A stretch of DNA of 64,000 nt, from NCBI RefSeq assembly GCF_018977255.1, contig NW_024704744.1, positions 79,732,001 to 79,796,000 on the forward strand, read 5' to 3'. Source of the DNA: Callorhinchus milii. Lineage: Eukaryota. The notes beneath the pieces are model-generated. The model was given only the letters and a program-made list of their open reading frames with translations, was not told where the DNA came from and searched no databases. Below are positions 26,357 to 39,514 of the stretch, piece by piece (within the stretch, counting starts at the first letter, position 1; each line of letters starts with the position of its first letter). A program made the translations under genes and the position numbers.

Positions 26357-27475
26357 AACCAGCGGCTGCCGCTCAACCCAACTTGATAGCGCGAGAGAAA
26401 AGGAGAGGTGGGCGGGTGGGACCGAAGCCCCGCCCACACCGCCGCCACCGCCACCACCACCTGACGCTTCTGCGACGCTCTCCTGGCTTGCGATTGGCCG
26501 GGCCGCCTGTCCGTCGCTCGCTCGCGGCCGGGCACGTGTGCTGGAAGGGGGGCGGGGCCTCGCGCGAGCGGCGCCCGAGCGACGGTTATTTTTTTTTTCC
26601 CGGGCGGAGTGGGGAGGGGAGAGAGCAAAAAAAAAAGTTTGGCGGTGCCGGACGCCGCCGCCTTTGCTCCCGCAAGTTTTATTTCGGGGGCCACCGGCGG
26701 CCCGAATGCAACATCCCCCCCCCCTCCACCAAAAAAAAACCCCGAGCCTCACACCACCTTTCCCGTGCAACAACATTTTTCTCCCGGTTTTATTTTTCCG
26801 TCTCGCGAACAACCTGGGCAGTGAGTTCTACCGGGAAAACGAGGAGAGAGGCACGAACCTAAACCGAGCGCGTGCGTGCGTGCGCGTGTGTGTCTGTGTG
26901 TGTCTGTGCTTCAATAACATCTACAGTATTTATTGATGCGCTGCGACCGAACGTGGTGCAGTTCTTGTGTTATCTGGTCCACGCTTTCTCTCCAGCGCTC
27001 TCCCCTCACCCGGTGCTGAGCTCCTCACCGACCGACCCCCCACCCCCCCAAACACCAAATTGTTTCCGGGGCAAAGTGGACGCAGGCGGGAGCGGGGTTG
27101 GCAAGACGCAGGGCTGTCAGAAATTCTAATTAAAATACGTCTGTAGCCCCAAGTCGACCGAAAGCCGAAAGTAGCCCAATACTTGCGCGCTGCTGACTGA
27201 GCGCCCGATTGAGAGGTTATTGGTGCTTTTTTTTTTTTTGGAAAGCGCGCAAAGGGTCTTCCGAGGAAAACAAAAAAAAAGTTTTGCAGGTTTACATTCA
27301 ATTGAATGTTTCCCCCCCCCCAAAAAAAAATATCAGGCAACCCGCCCCATGTGCACCAAACCAAACCCGCCCGGTTGGGGCGTGAACCCGCCCAATCTGG
27401 CAACGCTGATGGTGACACGCCGGTCCCGCGCACGTGGGTGGCCGCGAGCTCTGATTGGTTCGGTTGAGCGCAGCG

Positions 27476-27488
27476 GTCGCCTGGCAAC
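27476..27488 (+). promoter_or_regulatory. RFX X-box in the SEL1L2 proximal promoter
   Basis: GTCGCCTGGCAAC fits GTNRCC(N0-3)RGYAAC exactly. An inverted CCAAT box (ATTGG) lies about 20 bp upstream. Confidence 0.6.
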
Positions 27489-27551
27489 GGCGCACGCGGG
27501 TGTTTTGAAGCGGCCGAGGGGGCGGCGGGGAGCGAGCGGCGGCTAACGGCT

Positions 27552-27627
27552 ATGGCACGAGGGCAGCTCGCGGTTGTCCCGGTTCTCCTCGCTATGGCGT
27601 TGCTCTTGCTGCAGCCTTTGGCGGCAA
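27552..27627 (+). CDS. SEL1L2: SEL1L2 exon 1, signal peptide MARGQLAVVPVLLAMALLLLQPLAA
   Basis: gctATGG Kozak context in the CpG island, hydrophobic signal peptide, donor A|GTAGGT (phase 1). Confidence 0.85.
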
Positions 27628-27734
27628 GTAGGTGTTTCTTCTCCCCCCCCCTCAACCCCTCTCAGTTGAAACTGCTCCTCATCCTTCTCGTGTCTGGGGA
27701 TACGGTGTACCGTTTGGGACACCACATGTCCCGC

Positions 27735-27927
27735 TCCCTCCCTCCCTCCCTCCCTTCCCATTTTCAGGTCTCTGTTGGAAGACCTTTCTTTTCCGACCGC
27801 GCCTTTGGTCACCTTTCTTCCCCTCTCCCACCCCGGCTCGGTCCCGGGATCCGTGACTGTGAAGCGCTCTGAGATGCCGTCCGGCGTTGGAGGGCGCTGT
27901 ATAAATCCAAGTTGTTGTTGTTGTTGA
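27735..27927 (+). mobile_element. L2 3' end (type A) in SEL1L2 intron 1
   Basis: Similar to the 3' ends of the 34702 and 47215 copies, ending ggagggcgctgtataaatccaag(ttg)n. Confidence 0.85.
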
Positions 27928-28160
27928 TGATGGTGGAAGGCGAACTCGATGGACCGAACACATTCTTATGTTCTTCACCCTCTCTCGCTCTCCCTCTCTC
28001 TCCTCTGCCCTTTGAACGAACGCCCAACGTTTACCCAGTTGGCGGATCGCTTTCCAGGACTGAAAGGGGGCTGTGTAATAATAAAACAATAGTCCTTGCA
28101 TTTCATATAGCGCCATATCACAGCTTCGAGACGTCTCAAAGCGCTTCACAGAACATACTG

Positions 28161-28480
28161 TAATAATAATAATAATCCTTGCATTTGATATAGCGCTTTT
28201 CACGTCGGGAGGACGTCCCAAAGCGCTTCACAGAACACACTGTAAAGTGAATTGACTATATTTGCGGGCGAACGCGGCAGCCAATTGCGCACAGCAATGT
28301 CCCACAAACAGTTGTGGATTGAAAATGACCAATTTATTATTGTTTTTGGTTTTGGAGGGATTATTATTAGGCTCTGTGTGGAGTAAGGAAACTTGCCCAA
28401 AGTTTCGCCCTCTGCCTGGAATTGAACTCAGATCTCTCGCTTACAAAGCGAGTGCTCTAACCATTGAGCTACAGGACTCC
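28161..28480 (-). mobile_element. tRNA-derived SINE (short form)
   Basis: Head, body and tail, lacking the internal segment. Confidence 0.9.
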
Positions 28481-29339
28481 GATTATTGCACATCCATTAC
28501 TGTTACTTTCATAGTAGAAAATATATATTTTTACATATGTGATAATGACTAGTTAGCTCTACAATATACTCATTAAACAATGCATATCTCACAAAAGATT
28601 ATCTGAATAAGGATAATGAATAAAGTGTAGTGAGTGTATATTTTGGTGGGGGGGGTGAAACGAGGCAGCCAATTGCGCACAGCGGTGTCCCACAAATAGC
28701 CTTGACTGAGCAAATTATCGAGAGAGAGTAGATGCGAGGATTATTATTAGCGCCCATTTAATTCACTTCATGGCTGTTTGTAGGATTTTGTTCGGCAGGT
28801 GACAGCCTGGCTCAGTTGTGCCTTGAGTCGTCTCGAAGACATAAGGCTCTGTGTCAAATGCAGATTATTATATTATAATCAATCTTGTGATATTGAGCTA
28901 AGATGTCATTGATTCTCTCTCTTAAACTCCAAACATCTATCCAACTTCCTCTTAAATATACCAGAATTGGATAGTGCAGAAAGTGATTTTGTTTCATATA
29001 GGAGCAAAACAAGGTAGCATTCCTCTCAAAGCCAATTAAAATGAATTAGTTACTAAATCTTTAATCAGTAGCATTTATCCAGCTTTCAAAACCCTTTTTT
29101 ATGTACAGAATGAAAGTTTTTCTTCTGATCTACTTGAATGAGTTGTCCATAATCTTTTCTACACGTTAATCAGCAAACTTTGTTATTGTAGTCAATTTTT
29201 CCTTTGCATTTATAATAAACATTTTATAGAAATGTATTCTACACTTTGTAATGTGCTACCAATTTAACTTTTTACTTAAATGTTCTGCTTCTGGCTTAAA
29301 GTGAATTGCACTTTACCATTTAAACATCTTACAGCTACA

Positions 29340-29710
29340 GGAATCCTGTAGCTTAGCGGCTAGAGCACTTGCCTCGCAAGAGAGAGGACCTGGGTTTGAT
29401 TCTCAGGCTGAGCAAAACGTTGAGCAAGTCTCCTTACTCCATCACCTGTTTACCTAGAAGTAAGTAGGAACCCAGTTGTTAGTCGATTGGCAGATCGTTT
29501 TTCCGGGGTAATAATTGCTTCAAAAATAAATAATAAATTGGTCACTTCAATCCATGACTGTTTGTGAGACACTGCTGTGCGCAATTTGCTGCCACGTTTC
29601 GCCCACAAAATATACAGTCAATTCACTTTACAGTATATTCTGTGAAGCGCTTTGGGACATTTTGAAGACGTGATAAGACGCTATATTAATTGCAAGGATT
29701 ATTATCATTA
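29340..29710 (+). mobile_element. tRNA-derived SINE (long form)
   Basis: Head, body and tail. Confidence 0.9.
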
Positions 29711-29988
29711 TAACTTGGTGCAATGGACCATCCCCTCTTTCCCTGGAGAGACACATCCTGCTTACCTAATTCTTGAAAGTATTAGGCGCAGGTTGGCAGG
29801 AGCCAAGCACTTTGAGACATCTCGAAAATGTGATAAGGTGCTATATCAAATGTAAGTATTACTATTGTACTCCATACCTCAATCAAAAATATAACAAAAG
29901 GTTACTGGAGTGCATTCTGTAGCAAACCAATAGCTATAACAAGATTCTTTTTAAACAATATATTTTAAAAATGCTATATTGTTCACAG

Positions 29989-30038
29989 GAACAGACAACA
30001 GTTTTGCAAAAAGGAAAACCTCCCAGACCAAAAAAGAG
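29989..30038 (+). CDS. SEL1L2: SEL1L2 exon 2 (RTDNSFAKRKTSQTKKE)
   Basis: ttcacag acceptor, GTGAGA donor, phase 1 to 0, keeps the frame between exons 1 and 3. Confidence 0.7.
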
Positions 30039-30368
30039 GTGAGATATACAACAACAAGATTACATTTGTATAGCACCTTTCACGTCAGGAGGATGTTCAT
30101 ATTATTGTTAAATACTAAACAAATATTTATTTATTCTGTTGAGAAAGTTAGCAAAGACAATACTATTGTGTGTTAAAAAGCCTTTTAAGACTCACTTAAA
30201 TGAGGAATAATCAATTGAACATGCTATGATGGGTCTGCATCGTATTTGTGGAACCGTAATCAAAAGTGGAGGAGAGGAAAAAATTCCATCGAAGCAAAAT
30301 AATCAATTGAATGTACGAAAATGGTGTTGTTAATTTTAGAATTAATTTGAAATAATTTTATATTACAG

Positions 30369-30555
30369 CTGGTGGAAGACGGAAATAGTAAAATGGCACG
30401 AGAGGTCGTGGAAAGAACTCCTATTAGAAGTAGTTCAAAAGAAAGCAATTCAGTATCATCTCAGAAAGGACGCCCTTCACCCAATCCAAAAGAGGACAAC
30501 AGTAATGATAAAAAATTACAAGAAATAAATAATGTTTCAAATCAGAATTCACAAG
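30369..30555 (+). CDS. SEL1L2: SEL1L2 exon 3 (low-complexity hydrophilic linker LVEDGNSK...QNSQ)
   Basis: attacag acceptor, G|GTAAAA donor, 187 nt open frame, phase 0 to 1. Confidence 0.75.
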
Positions 30556-31075
30556 GTAAAAAGATTAGAGCAGTGGAAGGTTTACAAACACTTTATTTCA
30601 TATTTTTGAACATAGACACTACCCAACCAACACTAAGCATCTCAACCACAACATCTTGCATTTATATAATGTCTCAGAGTGCTGAATGTTTCCTCATCCA
30701 GTCATCAATCCATAGAAGGTATAATGTAGAGACCTTGAATAGCTTTAGGGCTTCTGGCAATGCTGTTTTCCAACTAGACACTTTAAAGGAATTAAAACAT
30801 TTGACCTTATAACCAAGAGCAAGAATAAAATCATACAGTACATGACTACTTTGTTGAAGCACTTCATGTGTTTAAAATTAATTTAATATTTGTTCATAAC
30901 AAGTGGCAGAACATATTGTAGCTATATTTAGAATATTTTTCAGCCACTGTCAAACATTACCAATAGTTTACTAAATCTATAAATCGTGCCATTCGTTAGT
31001 TCAAAACCAGAAATAAAATAATGTTTTGAGCATTTTGTTTAATATTAGGCATCTATGGTTTGTTGACAATGACAG

Positions 31076-31181
31076 ATGAGCAAGAAGCATTGAGAAAGAA
31101 ACAAGTGCAAGAAATAGAGGAATTGTATCGGAATGGAAGCAAAATCCTGAAACGATCTAGAGATAAGAATCTTAGAAAGGA
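31076..31181 (+). CDS. SEL1L2: SEL1L2 exon 4 (DEQEALRKKQVQEIEELYRNGSKILKRSRDKNLRK)
   Basis: Resembles the recalled SEL1L helix [30 protein letters not shown] donor. An alternative in-frame acceptor gives exon start 31049. Confidence 0.85.
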
Positions 31182-31587
31182 GTGAGTAAAAATATATACA
31201 TTTGGTGGTTGGAGTGATCTTTGTTCTTACCAATATGTCATTGCTGCAGATTATAAATGTTTTTGTAATATTGATTAGTATCACATGAGATATATATATG
31301 GTAACGTAAATGTTGATTGTAACATTTGGCATAGCGTCTTACTTATCACACCGTCAAGGTATCTCAAAGCGCTTCACAAGAAATACTATAAAGTGCAATG
31401 ACGATGAGTGAATGTTTTAAGCACTAAGAAACAGCTATTAAGTAGATGACCAATTCTATTTGGAAGTTTGTTAGCCAGAACACCAGAAGAAACTCTATTC
31501 TCTTCTTCAATAGTGCCATGAAATCTATAGCATTCACCTAAATAGGCAGATCAGACCTCAGTTTAATATCTCATCCAAAGGACGGTA

Positions 31588-32072
31588 CAACAACAACAAC
31601 ATTGCATTTATAGAGCGCCTTTCACGTCGGGAGGACGTCCCAAGGCGCTGGACAGTTGGGTCAGGACCCGAGCAGGGGGGAAATGGTCAGGGTGAGGGAA
31701 GGGAGGGAGCGAGGAGGGGGTAGAGAGTCGAGAGGGGAGCTGAAGGCACGGTTGAAGAGAAAGGTCTTGAGACCGGCCTTGAAGGAGGAAAGGGAGGAGG
31801 CGGCGAAGGCACTGGGGGATGGAGTTCCAGAGCCTCGGGGCTGAGAGGCTGAAAGCCTGGCCACCAATGTTAGAGCGGAGGATGTGGAGCAGACCGGAGC
31901 CAGAGGAATGGAGGGTACGGGCAGGTAGGTAGGGGGATAGTAGGTCGGAGAGGTAGGAGGGTGCAAGGCCGTGCGTGGCCTTGTAGGTGAGGATGAGGAT
32001 CTTGAATTCGATCTTCTGGGGGATGGGGAGCCAGTGGAGGTGAGCGAGGGTGGGAGCGATGTGGTCGTGATG
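31588..32072 (-). mobile_element. L2 LINE 3' fragment (type B) nested in a DeuSINE
   Basis: HIAPTLAHLHWLPIPQKIEFKILILTYKA ORF and (CAA)n tail on the plus strand. Confidence 0.93.
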
Positions 32073-34124
32073 CTTTTTTTTGTGAAGCAAACCTTTGAAA
32101 ATACAGCACTGGGCTCGAGTGCCAGCCTATTTTATGAGCTCGAAGTCTCAAAGTGTGGTTTGAACCCTTCTGATTCAAAGACTGACACCCCTGGCACAGG
32201 TGAAAGCTCCTCTGTTGCTGCGCTAACAAACTTCCCTAACTCTGATTTCAGAAATCCAAACCAGCACGGGGTGGGGGGGTGGTGGTAGGGGAGGGATTGT
32301 GGCTCCTGTGAACTGCAGATCTAGATTTATCCTGTCCAGTAATCAAATTTCTTCCCCGCTAACAATAATGGCTTGCATGTGTATGTTACTTAAAACCATC
32401 CTGGGTAACATGAAGGATGCTTTGCTGGTGGACCACCTCATAGATTTACTAGTCTAATAGTTATGTAAAATTTCCATTGTACAGACAATCCCTTGTTTCC
32501 ACTCATCTTTCAATGGAGAGATCCAATTATATGGTGTTGTAGTACAGAAGCAGTTGCGATACTGCCAATGCATTGAGTGAGATTCTTGCAATGCTAAATA
32601 ATACATTTTTGTTCAGATAACTTATTAATCTTCAGAGGCTTGTTCCTCCTATAGATCTGTTGTTTATCAAGGCTATCAAGTGCACACCTTGGAGGTGCTA
32701 TGTGTTGTGACCATTGGTGAAGACAGAATCAGGCTCAGTGACAACACTCCCGCTGGTAGATAGCCTGCCAAGATTCATTGACAAGGCTTACACATTGATA
32801 ATAATCACTTGGCTGAAGTATTGTATGGTAACTACTTTTGGTGGTGTCATACCTTAATAAAACAAAAAAAGGAAGCAATAATGATCCTTGCATTTGATAC
32901 AGTGTCTCTAAGGTAGAAAAACACTTCATAGGGAATTACTGTCAAGTGAACTGACTATATTTGTAGGTAGAAGTGGTAGCTAACTTGTGCACAGCAAAGA
33001 TTCACAAACAGCCATGAAGTAAATCACCAAGTTATCTGTAGAATTGTTGGCCTGGACACTGGAAGAAATGTCTTCTGTTTTCAAATAGTGCCTGGCAAAC
33101 CTTCCTGCTGCTTCTCCAGCTGGGACCACCCTACCCGTTAGGGTTTTGGCTTGCAGGATTAACAGGAGCTGAGTGGGAAGAGTCCCTTCCCCCAGTGTTT
33201 AGTCGTCCTGCTGATGAGCCAGCCTGGCTAGACTATCATCAGCAATGAATACTGCGGACCCGGCTGGCTCAGGAACCGGAACCATCGAGCCTGCCACCGA
33301 GGGCTGGCTCAATTCCAACACTCTATTGGCAAGCATGTCACCTTGGAGCAAGTTCAACTCCAAGAATACGCCGCATTTCCCCTCCTCCCCGGGAGGATAG
33401 ACTACTTACAAAACTTTCATATTAACTGACATTTTCAAAGTACAGTCTGTGCTTTCCATTGCCATTAATTGAGACTGTTTTCAAAAATGATTTCTAAAGT
33501 CTTCTGTGCAATGATTCATTCCTTTGGGTGGATGAGATGTTTTTAGTATTGGCTCATTTTCTGATTGCTATGCTGTATTTTTAGTAGGGAGCCAATTCTG
33601 CTCCAGAAGCTATGTAACAATAATGAAAAAAAATTCTCTCTAGGTGTGGTGTTGCTTCTTTTCGTTGCACTTACATAACATAGATAATAGAAGAAAACTG
33701 AAGACAGATTGATCCACAATGGAAGTTAAATGTTTTTGATGGATTTTCATTAAGACCTTTTTTTGATTCGGACTTTTCTTTAAGTTCTATTTAACTCTGA
33801 AAGCAAAGCACAAGATATGGTCTTTCGAAAACCAAGATGATGTTACAACTCATGAAGTACTCTGCATCTCTGCATACAGTTAATGTAAAGTTTATATTAA
33901 TGAACTATTTAGTGACACTGAGGTTTCTTATTATGTGAGTCTTTAGTCTTCTGACAGCTTCTCTTGGGCATGCTACTGCACATTATCACATAGGTATGCT
34001 TATTTCATTAGTTAATGAGCAGTCTCCAATTAACTTTACATAAGAACAGAGAATATAATCATAGTGGTTATATAAACCATACTCTTGATATCTCAGAATA
34101 TCTGACAATGCAGTTGGGTTTTAA

Positions 34125-34517
<393 letters not shown>

Positions 34518-34701
34518 TAATAGTTTTCAAGAATATTAAGCTTTAAGGAAGTTGGATTCAATTAGATTTGGCACATTTTCTAACTTTTCCATATGTTAAA
34601 AAAAGTGCACAGTAATACTTGGCATCAAATTGTTAGGTGGCATGCAAGGGAACCGTAGGTTAATTCATCCTCTCTTTCCTCCAAATGGAGAGGAATCTCT
34701 T

Positions 34702-35945
34702 CAACAACATCAACAACAACTTGGATTTATATAGCGCCCTCCATGCCAGACGGCGTCTCAGAGCGATTCACAATAACGGATCCTGGGGCAGAGCCAGGAG
34801 GAGGGGGAAGAAGTTGACCAAAGGCACAGTCGAAAAGAAAGGTCTTTAGTCGAGACCTGAAAGTAGGAAGAGAGGGGGCGAGGCGAAGGGAGTGAGGAAG
34901 GGAGTTCCAGAGCCTCGGGGTGTAGTGGCTGAAGGCACGGCCGCTGATGGTGAAGCGGAGGATTCGGGGGACAAGGAGGAGGCCAGACCCGGTGGAGCGA
35001 AGGCAACGGGCACTGTTGTGAGGAGAGAGGAGGTCAGAGAGGTGCAGAGGAGTGCAGGGATTTGAAAATAAGAGTAAGTATCTTGAAATCGATCCTCTCT
35101 GGGACAGGCAGCCAGTGCAGTCTGGCAAGGACTGGGGTAATCGGGGAGTGGAGTTTGGTGCAGGTAAGAATGCAGGTGGCAGAATTCTGTATGACCTGGA
35201 TTTTATGAATGGTAGTGGAGGAGAGACCGGCGAGGAGGGCATTTGAATAATCCAGCCAAGAGGTGACAAAGGCATGAACCAGGGTTTCGGCAGCTTTTGG
35301 AGTGAGATATTGGTGGAGACAGGCGATGCGTCAGAGGGGGACGAAAGCGGTGCTGGTGAGGGACCGGATGTGGGGGAGGAAGAATAATTTGGGGTCGAAC
35401 CTGACGCCTAGGTTGCGTACAGGTTCGGAGAGCTTTAGGGGCAGATCGGGTAGGTGGAGAAGGTGAGAACCGTGCAATTGAAGACGTTGACGAGAGCCAA
35501 AGAGTATGGCTTCCGTCTTGTCAACATTTAGCTGAAGGAAATTTGCGCTCATCCAGCTCCTGATGTCTGACCGGCAGGCTGACAGAACATCAGCGGACTG
35601 GGGGTCGCAAAGTGAGGTGGAAAAATGGAGTTGGGTGTCATCCGCATACATGTGGAAGTGTGGCCCATGTCTGCGGATGACATCCCCAAGAGGGAGCACA
35701 TAGATTAGGAAGAGGAGGGGGCCAACGATGGATCTTTGGGGTACCCCGCAGGTAACTGAGTGAGAGCGGAAGGAACAGCCATTTGTGGAGATGTCCTGCT
35801 GGCAGTTTGTGAAGTAGGACTCAAAGTGGTCCCACTGAGGTGGATGACAGAGGAAAGGCAGTGGTGGAGGATGGTGTGATCGACTGTGTTGAAAGCGGCA
35901 GCGAGGTCCAGGAGGACAAAGAGACAGAGGCAGATAGAGAGGATG
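34702..35945 (-). mobile_element. L2 LINE (type A) RT and 3' end, 5'-truncated
   Basis: [24 protein letters not shown] and NFLQLNVDKTE RT motifs, with frameshifts. Confidence 0.95.
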
Positions 35946-36338
35946 TCGTTTTTTCATCTCTGCTCAACACCATTCTCCAGATGTCCTGGCTAAGAACGGA
36001 TACTCACTGCATGGAAAACTACATACTATGTGATTATTTCACGCTACAGTGCATTGGTAGCCCAGCCTACAATACTACTGAATATAATTTGTATGGTGAG
36101 AAAAGCTGGAGATATCTGACGAATATCAAAATAAATATTGCAATGATGGCTGTGCAGGTAAAACTGTTATGAATGTAGCCTAATTCTAATCTACAATTTT
36201 GTTTTAAAAAAGGGTTTATGTCTTCTCAAGTTGACATTATGGGACATTCAGTTTCCTTAAGAACGCTATAAATAAATGAATGTGTATAAACTGAGTTTTG
36301 TTTGAACGTTTTGATGGTGTTCTTTGGAATTTTGTTAG

Positions 36339-36392
36339 GCATTAGGATTCATGTATGCCACTGGTATTGGCGTAGATCCTAATCAACCTAAG
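36339..36392 (+). CDS. SEL1L2: SEL1L2 exon 6 (ALGFMYATGIGVDPNQPK)
   Basis: SEL1 repeat motif LG.MY..G.GV, AG/GTAAGA sites. Confidence 0.95.
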
Positions 36393-36683
36393 GTAAGAAC
36401 ATGTAGGGTAATAAACTTAGATGAAAGCATAGTAGGAACTATCAATGACTTTAATAAGAATATGCTTTGATTGCAATATGAGACTTGCTGAATATTATAA
36501 ACATTTTGCAAGCACAATGCATGATTTAGCCCAGTGATGATCCAATCTAAACAGATGTTGACATTTTAAAAAATTGTTTGATCCCACATTATTTTCTAGA
36601 ATATAGAGATTTGTTCTGGCAAGAAACATTTTTGTTTTGAACACCAACAACCTTTGTTCTGATACGAATAACTATCAAGGGAC

Positions 36684-36820
36684 TAGGGGTCGCAAAGTGA
36701 AGTGGAAAAATAAAGTTGGGTTTCGTCCGCATACATGTGGAAGTGTACCCCGTGTCTGCGGATGACATCCCTAAGAGGGAGCATATAGATTAGGAAGAGG
36801 AGAGGGCCAAAGATGGATCT
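36684..36820 (-). mobile_element. L2 RT fragment
   Basis: [22 protein letters not shown], near-copy of 35600-35740. Confidence 0.85.
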
Positions 36821-38289
36821 TCCTAGGTTCAAGGATTTAAAACTCACCTTAAAGTGTGAATAAGAAGCACCAAAGGTGTCAGGGGATGTCATATTTAAGT
36901 GACCTTGGATCATACTGGACGTGAATTTAAAAGTTTGCCAGTTATGTGCTATATAGTTTGGTCTATAATCCTATAGTCTTCCCACCTGTATTCCGTTTCT
37001 GATAGTTTTAAGTTCTTTTTTTCCAACTTTTGGGACCCTCCCATACCTCACCATTATTAACTTATGAACCATGTGTTGGCAATCTTACCTTCCACAGTGG
37101 ATATTACAGCTTAACCTTTCTCATCTACACAAACACATACTCCAAGCCTTCCAGCAAAGATTTCTGGATATTTTTTCCTCCCTAACACTCCAGTAACTCC
37201 ATACTGTGTTTACTGATCTCAGCCAAGTGTGTGATTCAAACCTAGGATTGTCTGGTGGTAATCTTGTGTTGTATCAAGTGGTACTTTAGACTACTCAGCC
37301 TTTGGGATAGTAGTGTCTTTCTTGTATCACACGAACACTGATGTATTTAATCATACCACAGTCCAGAAGCTGAGAATGATCAGTTCAAGCATAATCGCTT
37401 CTTTGTCTTTATAAATGGAAAGCCTAAACAAATATTTGTGTGAAGAAAAAAGTTGTATGATACCTTAAAAGAAGCTTTCACACTTAACTGGGTAGAGATG
37501 GATTTATTATTATTTTATGTGTACATAAATTAATAATAAATAACAGTAGGGCTTTGAATATGGCAGTAACAAGATAAATCATGAAGTTCTTCATATAATT
37601 TTTTTTGAAAATTGGATGAGCTAGAAAAATGTCTCGGAATCTATGAATAATAAATGATTGCAAGAGATGCTCATATAGTTTTGTTTTATCCTCAACAATA
37701 CGTCACAAGGTGAATATTAAATCCGTTACTTTTCATAACTTCACCCTTTAAATATCACCAGCAGGTCGCCATTAATTGATTAAAATTGATTGGTACATTA
37801 GCAACAGAATATTAAGTATCTCAAAGAAAAATTATTCCTCCAAAGACTAATAAAGCTTTTGATACTTGCTAAAGATTTCCCTAAACTCTACCCGACATCA
37901 GAAATGCTTGCTTAAAATCAGTGGTTTCCCCTCAACTCAAAGTACATTTCTAAAATCAATACAGACTAAATCCAGTATTACAATCTATTCAGAATAGTAA
38001 AACTGTAAACAATATATTCTTTATTGCTATTCTACACTGATCTCAAACAAATTCATATCCATGGCATGTCTGCTGTTAAAATTAAATAAAATGATCAAAT
38101 AAAATTGGTCACTCACTTCATAATAGTTTGTGAGATATTGTGGGATACTGCTGTGCGTAAATTGACTGCTGTGTTTGCCTACAAAATACACACTCACTAC
38201 ACTTTATATGTCCTGTGAAGCACTTTGAGATGTTCTTCGTACATAAAGGTGCTACATCGAATGTAAGGGTTATTATTATTATACAATCT

Positions 38290-39325
38290 GCTGCTAACTT
38301 CCAACTACTACCCCCTCCCCATCTCCCCCTCACAATCTGGCCCCTACCCACCCCTCCCTTCACACCTTCAAACCTGTCTTCCCCTCCTCTCTCATCCAGA
38401 CGAAACCCACCACCTGCTCTCTCGGACCCATTCCAATCACTCTCCTTATCTGCCAGTTCTACCTCCTTGCCCCTCTACCCATAGACCTCATCACCCTCTC
38501 CTTGTCCACTGGCATCATTCTCACCCCCTTAAAAATAGCTGTCATCTCACCCCATCTTAAAAAAAATCCTTCCCTGTTCTCAAATTACAGCCCCATCTCC
38601 AGCTTCTCTTTCCTTTCCAAAGTCCTTGAACAAGTTGTTGCTTCCCAGCTTTGTTCCTTCCTCTCCTGCCACCCCCTATACAACCCCTCCCCCCCCATCG
38701 GGTTTCCGTGCTGCCCACAGCACAGAAACAACCCTGGTCAAAGGGACGAATGACATTCTGTCCATCTATGACCAGGGCTCCTTCTGTTTTCTCATCCTCC
38801 TTGATCTCTCTGTTGCCTTTGATACCATTGACCACTCTATCCTCCTCCATTGCCTTACCTCAACCTTCATAGTTCTGTCCTTGAGTGGTTCAGATCCTAC
38901 CTCTCACACCACTTTGTCTCCACAAATGGCTTCTCCTCCAGCCCCTGCACAGTCTTGTGCGGCATACCTCAGGGATCTGTCCTTGGTCCTCTTCTCTAAC
39001 TTGTACATGCTCCCTTTTGGTGACTTAATCCGTAGAAGTGGGGTCACGTGTATGGGGATGACACACAACTCTATTTCTCTGCCTCCACCCTCGACTTCAG
39101 GACCACTGCTGTTCTGACAGAATATCTATTAGACATCAAGTCCTGGGAGAGAGCTAACTTTCTACAGTTGAACGTCAACAAGACCAGGGCACTCCTGATT
39201 GGCTCCCGACAGCGCCTCCACACCTCAGAGATGCACAGTCCACCTCTCTGAGCCAGTCCGGAACCTCAACTGTCCTTTCTACCCCACATCTGTACCATGA
39301 CCTGCTCTGCCTTCCCCCACCTCCT
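38290..39325 (+). mobile_element. Decayed L2 RT region
   Basis: [30 protein letters not shown] and YGDDTQLY motifs split over frames. Confidence 0.9.
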
Positions 39326-39514
39326 CTAAAGATTAAGATCCAAAGTTATTGGTAACTGGTAAATAACTGTGTAAAACTGCTTAGTGACACCCTAATTAAA
39401 GGGTTTCGTAGTATTGTACTGTGGAATTAAATACACAAATTTGATTATTCTAATAGCATCTGTCTTTATGAACTGATATCTGTGAACTGAGTGTAATCTC
39501 TCATTATTTTTCAG

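Larger units (their letters stand above)
25700..27700. promoter_or_regulatory. CpG island and bidirectional promoter shared by MACROD2 and SEL1L2
   Basis: Abrupt GC- and CpG-rich segment in an AT-rich background, between divergent ATGs (26144 and 27552). Contains GC boxes (GGGCGG), CCAAT/ATTGG boxes and CACGTG E-boxes. Confidence 0.85.

Noticed and set aside
24357-26358. Long Pro-rich and Gly-rich ORFs (443-654 aa) on both strands
   Set aside because: Artefacts of the stop-free G-tract array and the adjacent CpG island. They are open in nearly all frames and encode no real domain.
27433-27458. ER-stress element (ERSE) in the SEL1L2 promoter
   Set aside because: The CGTGG-to-ATTGG spacing is 16 nt rather than the required 9.
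26218-27872. Overlapping 70-240 aa ORFs in the CpG island
   Set aside because: Expected in GC-rich promoter DNA. Only the SEL1L2 signal-peptide exon has splice and homology support.
30556-31075. Possible fibronectin type II exon, as in SEL1L
   Set aside because: No spliceable exon with the FN2 Cys/Trp pattern. A QCCFP-like reading near 30755 is too weak to call a remnant.
32655-32694. Candidate small SEL1L2 exon (DLLFIKAIK...)
   Set aside because: Weak donor and incompatible phase. Exons 4 and 5 already join in frame and match the family.
33210-33245. Hammerhead-like CTGATGA-GCCAG/CTGGC stem
   Set aside because: Lacks the GAAA box (reads TAGA) and is better explained as the antisense of a decayed LINE ORF.
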